A stretch of 63,674 nucleotides of DNA, filler included, from Stramenopiles sp. TOSAG23-3 (lineage: Eukaryota), in NCBI GenBank assembly GCA_900128585.1. It is 8 parts of 8 records of this genome, joined end to end, with 100 filler letters (N's around TTAATTAATTAA, not from the genome) between each part and the next. Parts side by side here need not be neighbours in the genome. Positions count along the whole stretch, not along the records: positions 1 to 13,949 come from LT642598.1; 7 more parts are not named here. One strand, 5' to 3'. A model generated the notes under the pieces. The model was not told the origin of the DNA, searched no databases, and worked only from the letters and a program-made list of their open reading frames with translations. Position numbers and translations under genes: made by a program. Position 1 is the stretch's first letter. Every line of letters begins with the position of its first letter. Shown here one piece after another: positions 1-10,659 of this stretch.

Positions 1-703
1 TTTTAATGTAATATTCGTACGAGTAGACACTAATATAATTAAAAAGAACTAATAATAAAGCATCAATGCAATACAGCTATAATAATAATACAATTAAAAA
101 AAACATTAAGTAAAATAAAAGGAAAGCCTTGAATTTGGATTTTAGATTACATACCACACAGAAGGATGAAAAAGTAGTGTACATTATGTAATAGAATTCC
201 ATCTGGTAGTCTAAGGTACTTACTTCTACTTTATACGACCGTTGTTTTCGTTTTTTTATTTTATTTTTAGTGCTATTGCTATATTGTATATTATTAGTTC
301 CATTATAGTACGTCTATTTTTTGATAACAAACAAACAAAAATAAGAAGAACAACAACAACTACGTACAGCAGTACAACGAACTCCTTTCTAATTTTATTT
401 TAACAGGTGTATAGTAAGTAGTAAAGGAATGAAAGAAGAAGAAAGTGTGGTGTGTTGGTGTGGAGGTAAAAAAATAATAATATATAATAACCAAAACGAA
501 ATAAACCCCAAAGGCCGGCGGTCTGCCTACCTACTCATGCGAATGAAAATTACATTTCCCATAATGTATTATTTCAGACGGCTTTGGAAACGGTTTAGAC
601 AGTTTCTATCCCATCATTATTTTATAAACTGTCCAACTCATCCGTCCTATAAACGTGTTTGAGGCGTCTTGTTCGAAACCACGCCCACGCAACCGATACT
701 ACC

Positions 704-2629
704 ATGGCGGATAGAACAATAGACAACCCGGAAGAGTCCCCCGATGCCCCTCCGCAGCAGCCGTCCATCCCGCCATTTCCAACCAAGTTAGAGACTTTAG
801 AAAGCACCCGGGGCGAGGACACAACCGTGTCCACTGACGACATGGGGGTCAACCCCCGCCGGCGCCCGTCCCCCCCGCACCGTGCCCCTCCCCGGGTCGT
901 CCAGTCGCTGGTCCGGCACTCCCGCTACCTGCACAAACTGCGAGACACTGAGAAGAAGCAAAAGGCCGTCCAGGCGGACACGACGCGCCTCCCGTCCCAA
1001 CTAAAACGCTCGAGGCTGTTCAAAAAGTTTCTGCGCCAGGCCGAGCCTATGGGGTTCAGAAAAACGATAGACGTCACGCAGGACCGGCACAACGTGCAAG
1101 TCCACACTGCGTACGACACCAAGTCCTGGAACGTGAAGACGCCCGATATTTGGCAGGCGGGGCCGCTGAAGCTGGCCTTCAGCTTTTACGCAAAGCTCCT
1201 CGACCCGAAGATTGCGACCGGGTCGTACTACCCCACCTTTGAAGCAATAGAGCGCGCCGCGAATACGTGCACGTTTACCGAAGTCCTGGCATTCGCCTGG
1301 GACTTTGATATCGTCCCCCGGTTCCTCTCGCGAGGGGACCTGCGGTACGCATTCGCGTACGTCAAGAGGGCCACGGACGACTATATCAACGAGCTGACGT
1401 ACGAGCAGTTCGAGGAGTTTCTGTCCCGCGTCGCCCTGATCGCCATCGAAGATTCCCCGCCCGGGCAAGTCATAGATTACAAGGAGTCGGTCGTCATGGA
1501 CAGCGAGGGAAAGCCGATTTTTATTCGAAAAACGGGCGGGGCGCTCGCCCCCGAGGGTCTCCCGAAGCCAGAGTTCAAGAAACGGACGAGCTGGCAGAGC
1601 GCCGTGGAAGAGGCTGCGCTGGAGAAGAAGGTCGAACCGATCACGCCGATGGGAAAGGTCAAGAAATTCCTCCGGGAGGTCGGGCTCAACTCGCTCGAGT
1701 ACGTGAAAGACGTGATTGATTCAAAGGGTAAGACGACAGCAGGGCGGCTGAATGGAACGATCAAGCTAAACTCGCCGAGGGACGGGGATGAGCAGAGCCA
1801 GATGAACCGGCTGCTGCGGAAGCGCGACGGCGCCATGTGCGACTACTCTGCGCCCAAGCTCATGGCCAAGCGCAACAGGTGCCGCCAGGACTTCTCCCCG
1901 GAGCTCGTGAAGCCGTGGTACAAGCTGCGTGAGTTTCAGAGCAATGAGAACGTTTGGAAGGGGTTCCACGCCCCTGTCCTTTACATCGGACGCGTGGTCC
2001 TCGGAAAGCCGCACAGGTACCGCATACTCGTCCGTAACCCGATGCGCGACGCCATCACAATCGAGTGTGAGCCGCGGGGCGTCCCGTTCCTCACGCTCCA
2101 GTACGTACGGGCCCCCATCCCAGCCGGGCTGACGGTGAACATCAGCTGCGACTGCGTGATACGGGAGCCTGGGGAACTGGCCGGATTCATCAAGATAAAG
2201 TGGAGGGTGTACAAAACGGAAGTTTCTGCGAGAAAACGCCCTGGGAGGGCCGCCCCGGACATGGACATGGGGAGCGTGTCCGTCCCGGTCTTCGCCGTCG
2301 GCGTCCCGAACGACAGCTTCGCGAGCGCGAGCGCGGAGATGAATTGCCCCGCGGCGGAGCTGGCAAAAGCGACGACCGAGCCTTGCCCAAGGTATTACTT
2401 GCCCCCTGACCATGTCGTCCACAAGTATGAAAAGCCAGCAACTAATGGGGAATGGCAAAGGGCACAGCTTAAATACATTAGCGGACGGGCGACCAGGGAT
2501 CAGCCAGCCCACATTTTACCAAGGCCGGGGACCGGAACCATGTCGCGGTTGAAGGAGTACATGGACCAGCCAACCATCAGGCAGGACACGACGGTGAGCG
2601 AACAGGAAGGCAGACGGAGCAAGGATTAG
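704..2629 (+). CDS. Hypothetical protein with degenerate EF-hand-like region and C-terminal Ig/ASH-like beta domain; possibly flagellar
   Basis: Long GC-rich ORF; first ATG at 704 (accATGg). LTYEQFEEFLSRVAL resembles an EF-hand-like helix; LYIGRVVLGKPHRYRILVRN...APIPAGLTVNI resembles ASH/PapD-like domains. Function is inference. Confidence 0.6.
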   Translation: MADRTIDNPEESPDAPPQQPSIPPFPTKLETLESTRGEDTTVSTDDMGVNPRRRPSPPHRAPPRVVQSLVRHSRYLHKLRDTEKKQKAVQADTTRLPSQLKRSRLFKKFLRQAEPMGFRKTIDVTQDRHNVQVHTAYDTKSWNVKTPDIWQAGPLKLAFSFYAKLLDPKIATGSYYPTFEAIERAANTCTFTEVLAFAWDFDIVPRFLSRGDLRYAFAYVKRATDDYINELTYEQFEEFLSRVALIAIEDSPPGQVIDYKESVVMDSEGKPIFIRKTGGALAPEGLPKPEFKKRTSWQSAVEEAALEKKVEPITPMGKVKKFLREVGLNSLEYVKDVIDSKGKTTAGRLNGTIKLNSPRDGDEQSQMNRLLRKRDGAMCDYSAPKLMAKRNRCRQDFSPELVKPWYKLREFQSNENVWKGFHAPVLYIGRVVLGKPHRYRILVRNPMRDAITIECEPRGVPFLTLQYVRAPIPAGLTVNISCDCVIREPGELAGFIKIKWRVYKTEVSARKRPGRAAPDMDMGSVSVPVFAVGVPNDSFASASAEMNCPAAELAKATTEPCPRYYLPPDHVVHKYEKPATNGEWQRAQLKYISGRATRDQPAHILPRPGTGTMSRLKEYMDQPTIRQDTTVSEQEGRRSKD

Positions 2630-3259
2630 TGACGTGTAGAGAAACGGGGAGGGATGAGAAAACGTGGAAGGAGAGGGATAGAAATAGAAATGAAATAGAA
2701 AGAGAGATGTGAACTCGGAAATAGTATTAGTGTGCGTAGTTTAAAGAAAACGCTCTGTTTCTTTCTCGAGCAGCGCCGCCGCCGCCCTCTGTCTGGCACT
2801 CGCGTCGGGCTGCCCTGCTATTCCAATATTAATAAATTAAGAAATGTACAACAAAGTTCAAGGTCCACGAAGCAGCAAAGAGTAGTATAATAATAATAAG
2901 AAAAAATTCAACAAATTTTTTTTTATAAATTTTATTAATAGTAGTAGAAGACGACTAATAAAATAAACAACAAAAAAGAAGAAGAAAGAAGAAGAAAAAG
3001 AGAAAGAAAAAGAGAAGAAAGAAGAAAAAAGAAGAAGAAAAGCACCACCCACCACCCCAAAAATATAGAACTTTTTACATTTTGTTGTATTTCGTAATAC
3101 AATCTATATATATGTATGCATTTCTCTCCAATCACATTTATTCGAATAAAAAGGTGCGTGGAGGCAGAAAGACTAAAAGAAAGAAAGTGCGCAATTGTCT
3201 ACTTTGTAAAACATCTTAAAGTTTATTACTACAAAAGTACAAGAACAACCTCCCGCGCG

Positions 3260-4513
3260 ATGTTTCTTCTTCGCAGTGTGACGTCCGGCGTGCGGCCTTT
3301 GAGGGCTGTGGCCGCCTCCCGCTCGATGGCCTCGATGGCAAACGTTTTGGGCGAGCAGTTGCAAGAGATCCGCGATGCGGGTACGTGGAAAGTTGAACGG
3401 GTAATAACATCGCCGCAGTCCAGTTCAATATCCGTCGAAGGCCTTGATTCTGAGGTCATCAATTTCTGCGCCAACAATTACCTAGGACTATCGAACGACC
3501 CGGAGCTCGTCGAAGCCGCCAAGCAGTCCCTCGACTCGCACGGGTTCGGCCTGTCGAGCGTTCGCTTCATCTGCGGGACGCAGGACATCCACAAACAGTT
3601 GGAGCAGAGGATAAGCGAGTTCCACGGCATGGACGATACTATCTTGTACGCATCCTGCTTCGATGCGAACGCCTCCTTGTTCGAAGCCATACTGGGCCCA
3701 GAGGACGCCGTGATCAGCGACGAGTTGAACCACGCGTCCATCATCGACGGGATAAGGCTCTGCAAGGCCGAGCGCCACCGGTACACTCACATGGACATGG
3801 TGAGCCTGGAAGAAAAGCTGAAACAGACGCAAGGCTCTCGCCTTCGACTGATTGTGACGGACGGGGCGTTCAGCATGGACGGGGACATAGCCCCGCTGGA
3901 CGAGATAAAGCAGCTGGCAGAAAAATACGACGCGCAGATCTTCATAGACGAGTGCCACGCCACCGGGTTTCTGGGAAGGACAGGCAGGGGGACGGACGAG
4001 CACTTTGACGTAAAGGTTGACATAATTAACTCGACCCTCGGCAAGAGCCTGGGCGGGGGAATCGGGGGCTACACGAGCGGTCCGAAAGAGGTCATCGATA
4101 TGCTCAGGCAGAAAGGAAGGCCGTACCTCTTTTCGAATTCAATCCCCCCCGCCGTCGTTGGGGCGAGCGTGAAAGTTTTCGAGCGTTTGATGACCTCGTC
4201 CGACCTCGTACAAACCATCCGAACCAATACGCACCACTTTCGCGACCGAATGGAAGAGGCGGGGTTCACCATTAGCGGGGCGAGGGACCACCCGATCTGC
4301 CCGGTCATGCTCGGCGACGCGAGGCTGGCGTCGGAAATGGCGGACGCAATGTTGAAACGGGGCGTGTTTGTGATCGGGTTCAGTTTCCCTGTCGTCCCCG
4401 TCGGGAAGGCGCGCATCCGTTGCCAAGTGAGTGCGTCTCATACGACAGAGCAGATAGACCAAAGTGTCGATGCGTTCATCGAAGTAGGAAAGGAATTCGG
4501 GGTGATTCAGTGA
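3260..4513 (+). CDS. GCAT: 2-amino-3-ketobutyrate CoA ligase (glycine C-acetyltransferase), mitochondrial
   Basis: NFCANNYLGL, SVRFICGTQDIH, SDELNHASIIDG, DECHATG and PLP-lysine motif STLGKSLGG; Arg/Ser-rich presequence from ATG 3260. Confidence 0.95.
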   Translation: MFLLRSVTSGVRPLRAVAASRSMASMANVLGEQLQEIRDAGTWKVERVITSPQSSSISVEGLDSEVINFCANNYLGLSNDPELVEAAKQSLDSHGFGLSSVRFICGTQDIHKQLEQRISEFHGMDDTILYASCFDANASLFEAILGPEDAVISDELNHASIIDGIRLCKAERHRYTHMDMVSLEEKLKQTQGSRLRLIVTDGAFSMDGDIAPLDEIKQLAEKYDAQIFIDECHATGFLGRTGRGTDEHFDVKVDIINSTLGKSLGGGIGGYTSGPKEVIDMLRQKGRPYLFSNSIPPAVVGASVKVFERLMTSSDLVQTIRTNTHHFRDRMEEAGFTISGARDHPICPVMLGDARLASEMADAMLKRGVFVIGFSFPVVPVGKARIRCQVSASHTTEQIDQSVDAFIEVGKEFGVIQ

Positions 4514-4972
4514 TTACAAGACGGTACGGTACAGCATGATGAATATCCTTTAGCGAGTTGCATTGTTTTTCTTTCTTTTAGTTCAATTATACAATGAAAC
4601 TTTATCCCAACTATTCGTAGTGTCAACAAAGACGTATAATACCCCGTAGTAGATAATAAAAAGGTTGTTCAGTATGTACCCCAGCAGAGTACCTGGTACC
4701 ACCAGTATATAATTTTTTAATTATTAAATTACATGAATAATAATATAATATTTAATTTTTTATTATAATAAATAATATATTGTATGCATGGCTGGGGATT
4801 GACAATGTATGATTGATTGATTGATCAAAAAATTTCAATCTACAGAGGGAAACGGGGTAAATAATCGAAAGATTTTCTTGTTTGTGTTCTGACGGATTAT
4901 GAAAGTCCAGTCTGGTGAAACGCGTTCAACACGGTGATCTGAAGCAACGCGGTCCTGACAAACGCGTTTGAA

Positions 4973-6823
4973 ATGAACGCCCCCACGGCGGGCGACACCG
5001 AGCGGTTTCCTGAACTGAAACCTAACGAGGTGGCCGTCGGCATCGATCTAGGGACCACGAACTCCGTGGTTGCAGTATGGTCGAACGAAAAACTAAGGGC
5101 AAAAGTTGTCAAGGTCGAGGGGAAGAACAAAACGCTCCCCTCAATTGTCGCGTTCGAGAAGGACGGGCGGAACTCGTGGAAGCCGTACGTTGGACGGAAA
5201 GCCATCGACTACGGCCACCCGGAGATGACCGTCCGGAACGTGAAACGGCTGATGGGGCAAGAGTACGAAAACAGTACTGCCCAGAGGCTGATCAAGGAGA
5301 ACACGGACTCGTATACGATCGTGCCGCTGCCCCGGTCCGAGGCGGACACGTTGAAACCGAGCAAGCTCATGGTAGAGATCAAGGACGACCAAGACTCCCG
5401 ACGGCTTTTCCCAGAGGACGTGTCGGCGTTCATCCTCGGCAACCTCAAGACGACCGTCGAGCTGGCCATCGAGGGTGCCGAAGCAAAGTACGCCGTCATC
5501 ACTGTGCCTGCGCACTTCAATCACTCGCAGCGGTTGGCCACTCTGGAAGCAGCGCACGTGGCCGGGTTCGCACAAGCGAGACTTATCAGCGAGCCGACGG
5601 CGGCGGCCGTCGCGTACGGGCTTTCCATTGCCGGGGAGAAGAACGTGTTCATTTTTGACCTTGGTGGTGGAACGTTCGACACAAGCATTTTGAAAATTCA
5701 GCAGGGGAAGATCGACGTTCTTTCTACAGTGGGCGACCCGAGGCTCGGGGGGAACGACGTGGACAACCTTGTCCTCTCCCACGTGCTGACATCGTTGGTG
5801 AACCGTGTATTTCAAATGAAGTCATCGTGTTCCATTCCCGGCCTGGTCAAGGCCAAGGAGGGCGGGACCCTGACGGTGAAGGAGGGGTGCGACACCCTCG
5901 GGCTCGCCAGGGAGAGCCGCGCGTTCGCGGAGATCGTCCGAGCGTGCGAACACGCAAAGGTAGAATTGTCGAGGCACGAAAAGACGACGGTTGAAATCGA
6001 CCCGTTCGTTTGCTCCGATTTGAAGTGCAACGTCGGGGAAAATTGGGGAAATGGGCAGAAGAAACCGCTCCGCGTGGCGCTAGGGCGTCGGGAGCTGGAG
6101 GCCATGATGAAGCCGCTGCTTTCGAAGTGCAGGGAGACGGTCCTTCGGGCTCTGAAGGATGTCAATTTCAAGCCGGGAGACATCGATGAGATCGTTATGG
6201 TTGGTGGGGCGTCGCGTACCCCCGCTGTCGTCGAGCTGGTTCGTTCCATCTTCCACGGAAAGGCGCTGTGCGCCGGGATTAACCCTGACCAAGTGGTCGC
6301 CGAGGGCGCGGCCATCCGGGCCGCGATGCTCAGCGGAGTGGACAACGAACTGCTGAATGACGTGCTCATGATGGACGTGCTGCCAACGAGCATCGGCCTC
6401 GAGGCTGCTGACGGTGCGTTCGTCCCGCTGCTTCCCCGGCTCTCAAAAATACCGTGCAAAGTGTCAAAGTCGTTCGGGACGTACGAAGACAACCAGGTAG
6501 GGATCACGGTCCGCTTGTTTGAAGGGGAGAAGGACGTGGCCGAGGACAACCACGAGATGGGGACGCTGAACTTCTTCATCCCGCGGGTCCGACGAGGGAA
6601 GAAAGGGGAAACGAAGGTCGAAGTAACCTTTCATTTGAAGTTTGGGGGTATCATCCACGTTACCACCGACATGGACAAGGTAAAGGAATTGGGGGGGATG
6701 GAGTCGTTGAGGCTGCTGTTCTTGTTCGTCTGTGCGGTCGGCCTGGTCGCCGTCTTCGTGTACTTGCGGGTCAACCCGTTGGTGGTGGGGGAAGGGGACG
6801 GGGGGGCGGCGCTTGAGCTTTAG
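4973..6823 (+). CDS. Atypical Hsp70 with no lid or EEVD and a C-terminal transmembrane helix
   Basis: GIDLGTTNS, TVPAHF, EPTAAA, FDLGGGTFD, VGGASRTP, linker DVLMMDV, SBD-beta motif TYEDNQ; ends in hydrophobic LLFLFVCAVGLVAVFVYL. Confidence 0.9.
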   Translation: MNAPTAGDTERFPELKPNEVAVGIDLGTTNSVVAVWSNEKLRAKVVKVEGKNKTLPSIVAFEKDGRNSWKPYVGRKAIDYGHPEMTVRNVKRLMGQEYENSTAQRLIKENTDSYTIVPLPRSEADTLKPSKLMVEIKDDQDSRRLFPEDVSAFILGNLKTTVELAIEGAEAKYAVITVPAHFNHSQRLATLEAAHVAGFAQARLISEPTAAAVAYGLSIAGEKNVFIFDLGGGTFDTSILKIQQGKIDVLSTVGDPRLGGNDVDNLVLSHVLTSLVNRVFQMKSSCSIPGLVKAKEGGTLTVKEGCDTLGLARESRAFAEIVRACEHAKVELSRHEKTTVEIDPFVCSDLKCNVGENWGNGQKKPLRVALGRRELEAMMKPLLSKCRETVLRALKDVNFKPGDIDEIVMVGGASRTPAVVELVRSIFHGKALCAGINPDQVVAEGAAIRAAMLSGVDNELLNDVLMMDVLPTSIGLEAADGAFVPLLPRLSKIPCKVSKSFGTYEDNQVGITVRLFEGEKDVAEDNHEMGTLNFFIPRVRRGKKGETKVEVTFHLKFGGIIHVTTDMDKVKELGGMESLRLLFLFVCAVGLVAVFVYLRVNPLVVGEGDGGAALEL

Positions 6824-7036
6824 GGAGGGGCGGGCTTGGTGGTGAGTCAGATAAATTTCTGTTTTTTCTTTTCTTAATACGTAATCAAATTATAAAAAAA
6901 ATATATACGAACGTACGAACTATTATCTCCAAAAGGTCAAACGGAGGTCTCTTCATTACTACTGGGTCTCGTTTTTAACATGTAATAATAGTGAACCAGT
7001 ACAAAGGAGTTCGACGTTCGACCGCTCAAATTAACA

Positions 7037-7447
7037 TGCTAAAAATGTAATTCGTGTACCATTTTTTAAGAAAGAAGACGACCGTCGTTGTTTTTGTAAA
7101 AGTAAAATGCCATAGTAGACACCTGTTTAATAAAGTGTTCAGTGTCCTTGGCGCGAAAAAAAATCCGACTCGAATTTCAAAGTATGAAAACGTTTCGGCC
7201 GAATACGACAAATGAAAGCAAGGAGAACGCTTAACTACATAAGTTTAGCTCAGACAATGGTCTTGCTAACGATGTCCGGCTCCTAACGAACGTTTATAAA
7301 TTGTTTGCCCTCAAATGACTTGGAAATGTGGTTCCTAGGGACAATTTTTTAGGAAATGGACGATTTTGACCAAACGCCATCCGAACAAACACTTATTAAT
7401 TTTATCGCTTTATAAAAATAAATGGTACAAGATTAATTTTGTGCATT
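7037..7447. repeat. Degenerate long inverted repeat / possible foldback or MITE relic
   Basis: ATGCTAAAAATGTAATTCGTGTACCATTT at 7037 matches the reverse complement of about 7419-7447 (ATGCACAAAATTAATCTTGTACCATTT); inner TAATAA(A)GTGTT and TGGCG blocks are also inverted. Confidence 0.45.
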
Positions 7448-7871
7448 TAAAACCACTTTTGACGCTTGAAAATTAAAAAAAAAATCAAGTTTTCATAAAG
7501 ATCTCTTCGTCTCAAATAGTTAACAGAAAGTCCGTCGCGATGTTTCAATTCCGCGCCGCCAAAGCGTGAACGACTAGACTCCTCACCACCCTTCATTTTC
7601 TATGCTGTGTCTTTATAATTCTACGTTATAATATTTATCGCCCGCCAAACCTCTCTTCTCCCAAACCTCATCACCCTCACCACTTCTTTTTCTTTCAAAT
7701 AATAATCTTTTTTTAATCAAAAATATAATTAGAATTATCATTTCCCTTTTTCCCTTCAACAATAATTCCTTTCTGAAAGTATTTTTTGTTCTTCCCCCAA
7801 CCGTACGAATACAAATATATATTAGGGTTTTCACCGTTCCTTCTGCACAGAATGCCCTGGGACCGTTCCCC

Positions 7872-8711
7872 ATGTCCGCCACCGTTGTAGAAAAGCGAAC
7901 GTGCGTGAATGGGATCGACGTGACCCACGCCCTTGAGTGGGGTCGTGGGGACTGCCCGTGCGGGAAAGCGTCCAAAATAACTTGGTTTTGCCCGTTTTGC
8001 CACACAACAATCGGTGTGCCGGAACACGTTACTGTTCCAAGTATTACGCTCCCAGTGGATACAGTTATCCTCCGACGGGACAAAAAGAACAAGAATACTG
8101 GGTCCCACGCGAAGGTGCTGGCGCCGGAAACGGTTCACATAGTTGACATCGCCACCGTTACGCCCGCGCACCGCCAGAAAAGGGCCAGGGTTAATGAATC
8201 GTTCCAACTCCCTGTGGCCGCTACCCCGGAGAACGCAGTGGTCCTTTTCCCGAGCAAGAAGTCTGTCCCACTCCCAGAGTTGGACAAGACGACGGCTGCA
8301 GCGCTTCAGTACCTAATAATTATTGACAGCACGTGGAACTCGACCCGAGCGATACTCGAGTCGGACACCTTGGTAAATTTCAAACATGTGAGGCTGGCCA
8401 ACGCGCCGGAGGAATCGAGGTTTTGGCGTGTCCCACCGAATGGGAAACACTTTTTGAGCACAATAGAAGCGATGGCCCAGGCCTATAAAGAACTTCCCGG
8501 GACGAGCGACGAGACGAAGGGAGAGTGCGGCCAGCTGATGTACTTTTTTGAAAACATGCTCCACGTCATTACTGAGAGGCGAAAGGAGCGGTACGGAGCA
8601 AACGTGCCGTTGGTATACGACAAAGATCAGAGAGAGGAGCACCGGAAGAAGTGGTACCCGAATGGTTCGAAAAAGAACCGAAGAAGACGGCCCAATACGA
8701 TCGATAAATGA
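7872..8711 (+). CDS. DTWD1: DTW-domain tRNA-uridine aminocarboxypropyltransferase (DTWD1-like)
   Basis: CPCG...FCPFC zinc motif, NTGSHAKVLAP, VVLFPS, IIDSTW, SRFWR, LSTIEA. Confidence 0.85.
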   Translation: MSATVVEKRTCVNGIDVTHALEWGRGDCPCGKASKITWFCPFCHTTIGVPEHVTVPSITLPVDTVILRRDKKNKNTGSHAKVLAPETVHIVDIATVTPAHRQKRARVNESFQLPVAATPENAVVLFPSKKSVPLPELDKTTAAALQYLIIIDSTWNSTRAILESDTLVNFKHVRLANAPEESRFWRVPPNGKHFLSTIEAMAQAYKELPGTSDETKGECGQLMYFFENMLHVITERRKERYGANVPLVYDKDQREEHRKKWYPNGSKKNRRRRPNTIDK

Positions 8712-8760
8712 ATGGTGTGGTAATGTAAATAAAATAATGCTCTCGAATAATTCTTACGCA

Positions 8761-10659
8761 TTACTTAACACGAGGGTTTTTGTAACCGTAATTGTACCCA
8801 ACGCCCCCCACCCCTGGGTTCATCGTATTAGTAGGGTCCACCTGCCTCCACCGTTCCTGCGTTTCCCTGGGCGCATGGTACTCCGTCCCGTGGCCGTGCT
8901 CTGCTGGCAGCATGCCACCGCCACCTTCGATCTTTTTCTTAATTTCCATTTTGCAGTGATGAACGTCAACCCCATCCGCAAACGCAAGGTCTTCGTGCAC
9001 GACGTTGCAACCAAAATGCGAGTAGCGCATTCGCTTCAACGGCACGTGGTCGCCCTTCAAGTAATCGTAGCTCGGGCACGAGGCGTCGTTCTTGGCAAGG
9101 GCGTAGTCGATGGAAACACCCTGCGTGCCGTTTCCAACGCACCACGTCTTGAACGCCGGGGCAGCAGCGAACCGGAAGAAAGTCACCTTTCCCACGTCCG
9201 AAGCATCTTCGCAGGGGCACGCTACGACCTCCGGGTGCGATTCCATGAACGCGTTCAGCCGGTCTTCCGTTCGTTTCATGTTACCATTGCCGTACTCGCC
9301 CAGGGTCACGAGCAAGTGGTGGTCGTATTCTTTCCCCAGCGTTTGTATACTCGGGGGCAGAACCTCGGGAAGCACGTTGTTCACAGCGTACATAAGTCGG
9401 TCTGGGAGCGTGTCAAAAAAAGGGAGGGGAATCTTCTCCACCCAGAGTTTCAGGGCCCACATTTTGCTCAAGCGTTCCCCGATGCCCAGCTTGGAGATGG
9501 CGTGGCACAGCAGCCGGCCGGCGCCGTCGACGACGTCAAAACAGTCCCGGTCCATGTACTCGCACGAGATGGGCAGGTCGTCCGGGTTGTTCAGCAGAAC
9601 CTTATTTTTAAGCTCGTGGGCCTCTTCAATCGACGAGCAACTTATCCACAGCGTTCTTCTCCCGGACGGCTGGGGGAACGTGTCGTGCAACGTTGCCAGT
9701 ATCATGACCTTCCCCTCGCTACGGCACGGCTCGATGCCGCTCGTATCGGCGTTCCACCGTGAAATGTTTTTGTCCAAGCGACAGATGTGACGCCCGTACT
9801 CCTTCGCGTTGGATGCTGGGACCGCCCTTGCCGCCTTGCGGATGTCCTCGGGGGACAGCGTTTCGCTAGTTTCGAGGCGTTCGAGGAGCTCATCCTCCGT
9901 ACTTGCCGACGCAAAACCAATGGTGTCGACGACTTCGACCCGACCGTTGGCGTTGACCTTGGCGTAAACGGAGCGCTCCGTGTACGCCGGGCCTTTTCGC
10001 ATTTGCGTCCCGCCACTCCCGAACGCGACGCCGGCGGCAACCGAGGGGTTCAAAAACATGGACCCAAGAACAGAGTGCGACTCTCGGTTTATTTCGGCAG
10101 CGCGGGTAGATAGGTCGTAGATCCCTGCGCCCGCTAGGCAGAGCATTTGGTCGCCGATGGGCCGGATCGCCTTCAACCGGTTCATGTTGATCACGACGGT
10201 CGGCCTGTCGCACCGGTCACTCCGTGGGACGGAGCCTCCCGTCAACCCTGTATTCTTCCCTTGCGGGATTACAGCGACTTTCGCCTTGACGCATGCTCTC
10301 AAGCACTCGACAGCTTGCTTTAGCGTCCCCGGTTGAACAACAGCAAGCGCCTCCCCTTTTCCTAGTCTGGCACCGATCAACTCGGCCCTGACGCGTAAGT
10401 GAGGGACACCCACGATACCTGAAAGCTCTTGTGGAAGCGCTTCCTGTGATGTGGTTAACCCTTTCGAAGGGGAGCAGGAAGCGTTTGAGCTGGAGGCCGT
10501 CAAAAAGCTATCATCCAGGCCGCAAAACTGCGGAAACCCGCTTGTAAGGGCCCGGCCACTGGCATGCTTCTCCTGCTGCCTCCCAAGCGCATACCCCCCG
10601 GCAGCGCATAGCGCGGAGGAGAGGAAGGGCCTTTTCCAGAATACGGCGCGGACGAACAT
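8761..10659 (-). CDS. dld: FAD/quinone-dependent D-lactate dehydrogenase, bacterial Dld type, with probable mitochondrial presequence
   Basis: QGKNTGLTGGSVP, HFGCNVVHED, PAEHGHG and DPTNTMNPGVG parallel the recalled E. coli Dld motifs (NTGLTEGSTP, PAEHNVG, DPTNSMNPGIG); first ATG at 10659. Confidence 0.88.
   Translation of the reverse strand: MFVRAVFWKRPFLSSALCAAGGYALGRQQEKHASGRALTSGFPQFCGLDDSFLTASSSNASCSPSKGLTTSQEALPQELSGIVGVPHLRVRAELIGARLGKGEALAVVQPGTLKQAVECLRACVKAKVAVIPQGKNTGLTGGSVPRSDRCDRPTVVINMNRLKAIRPIGDQMLCLAGAGIYDLSTRAAEINRESHSVLGSMFLNPSVAAGVAFGSGGTQMRKGPAYTERSVYAKVNANGRVEVVDTIGFASASTEDELLERLETSETLSPEDIRKAARAVPASNAKEYGRHICRLDKNISRWNADTSGIEPCRSEGKVMILATLHDTFPQPSGRRTLWISCSSIEEAHELKNKVLLNNPDDLPISCEYMDRDCFDVVDGAGRLLCHAISKLGIGERLSKMWALKLWVEKIPLPFFDTLPDRLMYAVNNVLPEVLPPSIQTLGKEYDHHLLVTLGEYGNGNMKRTEDRLNAFMESHPEVVACPCEDASDVGKVTFFRFAAAPAFKTWCVGNGTQGVSIDYALAKNDASCPSYDYLKGDHVPLKRMRYSHFGCNVVHEDLAFADGVDVHHCKMEIKKKIEGGGGMLPAEHGHGTEYHAPRETQERWRQVDPTNTMNPGVGGVGYNYGYKNPRVK

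Noticed and set aside
8548..9762. Long antisense or alternative-frame ORFs (also 16758-18218, 22736-23668, 33870-34874)
   Set aside because: Shadows of GC-rich genes, with no recognisable motifs.
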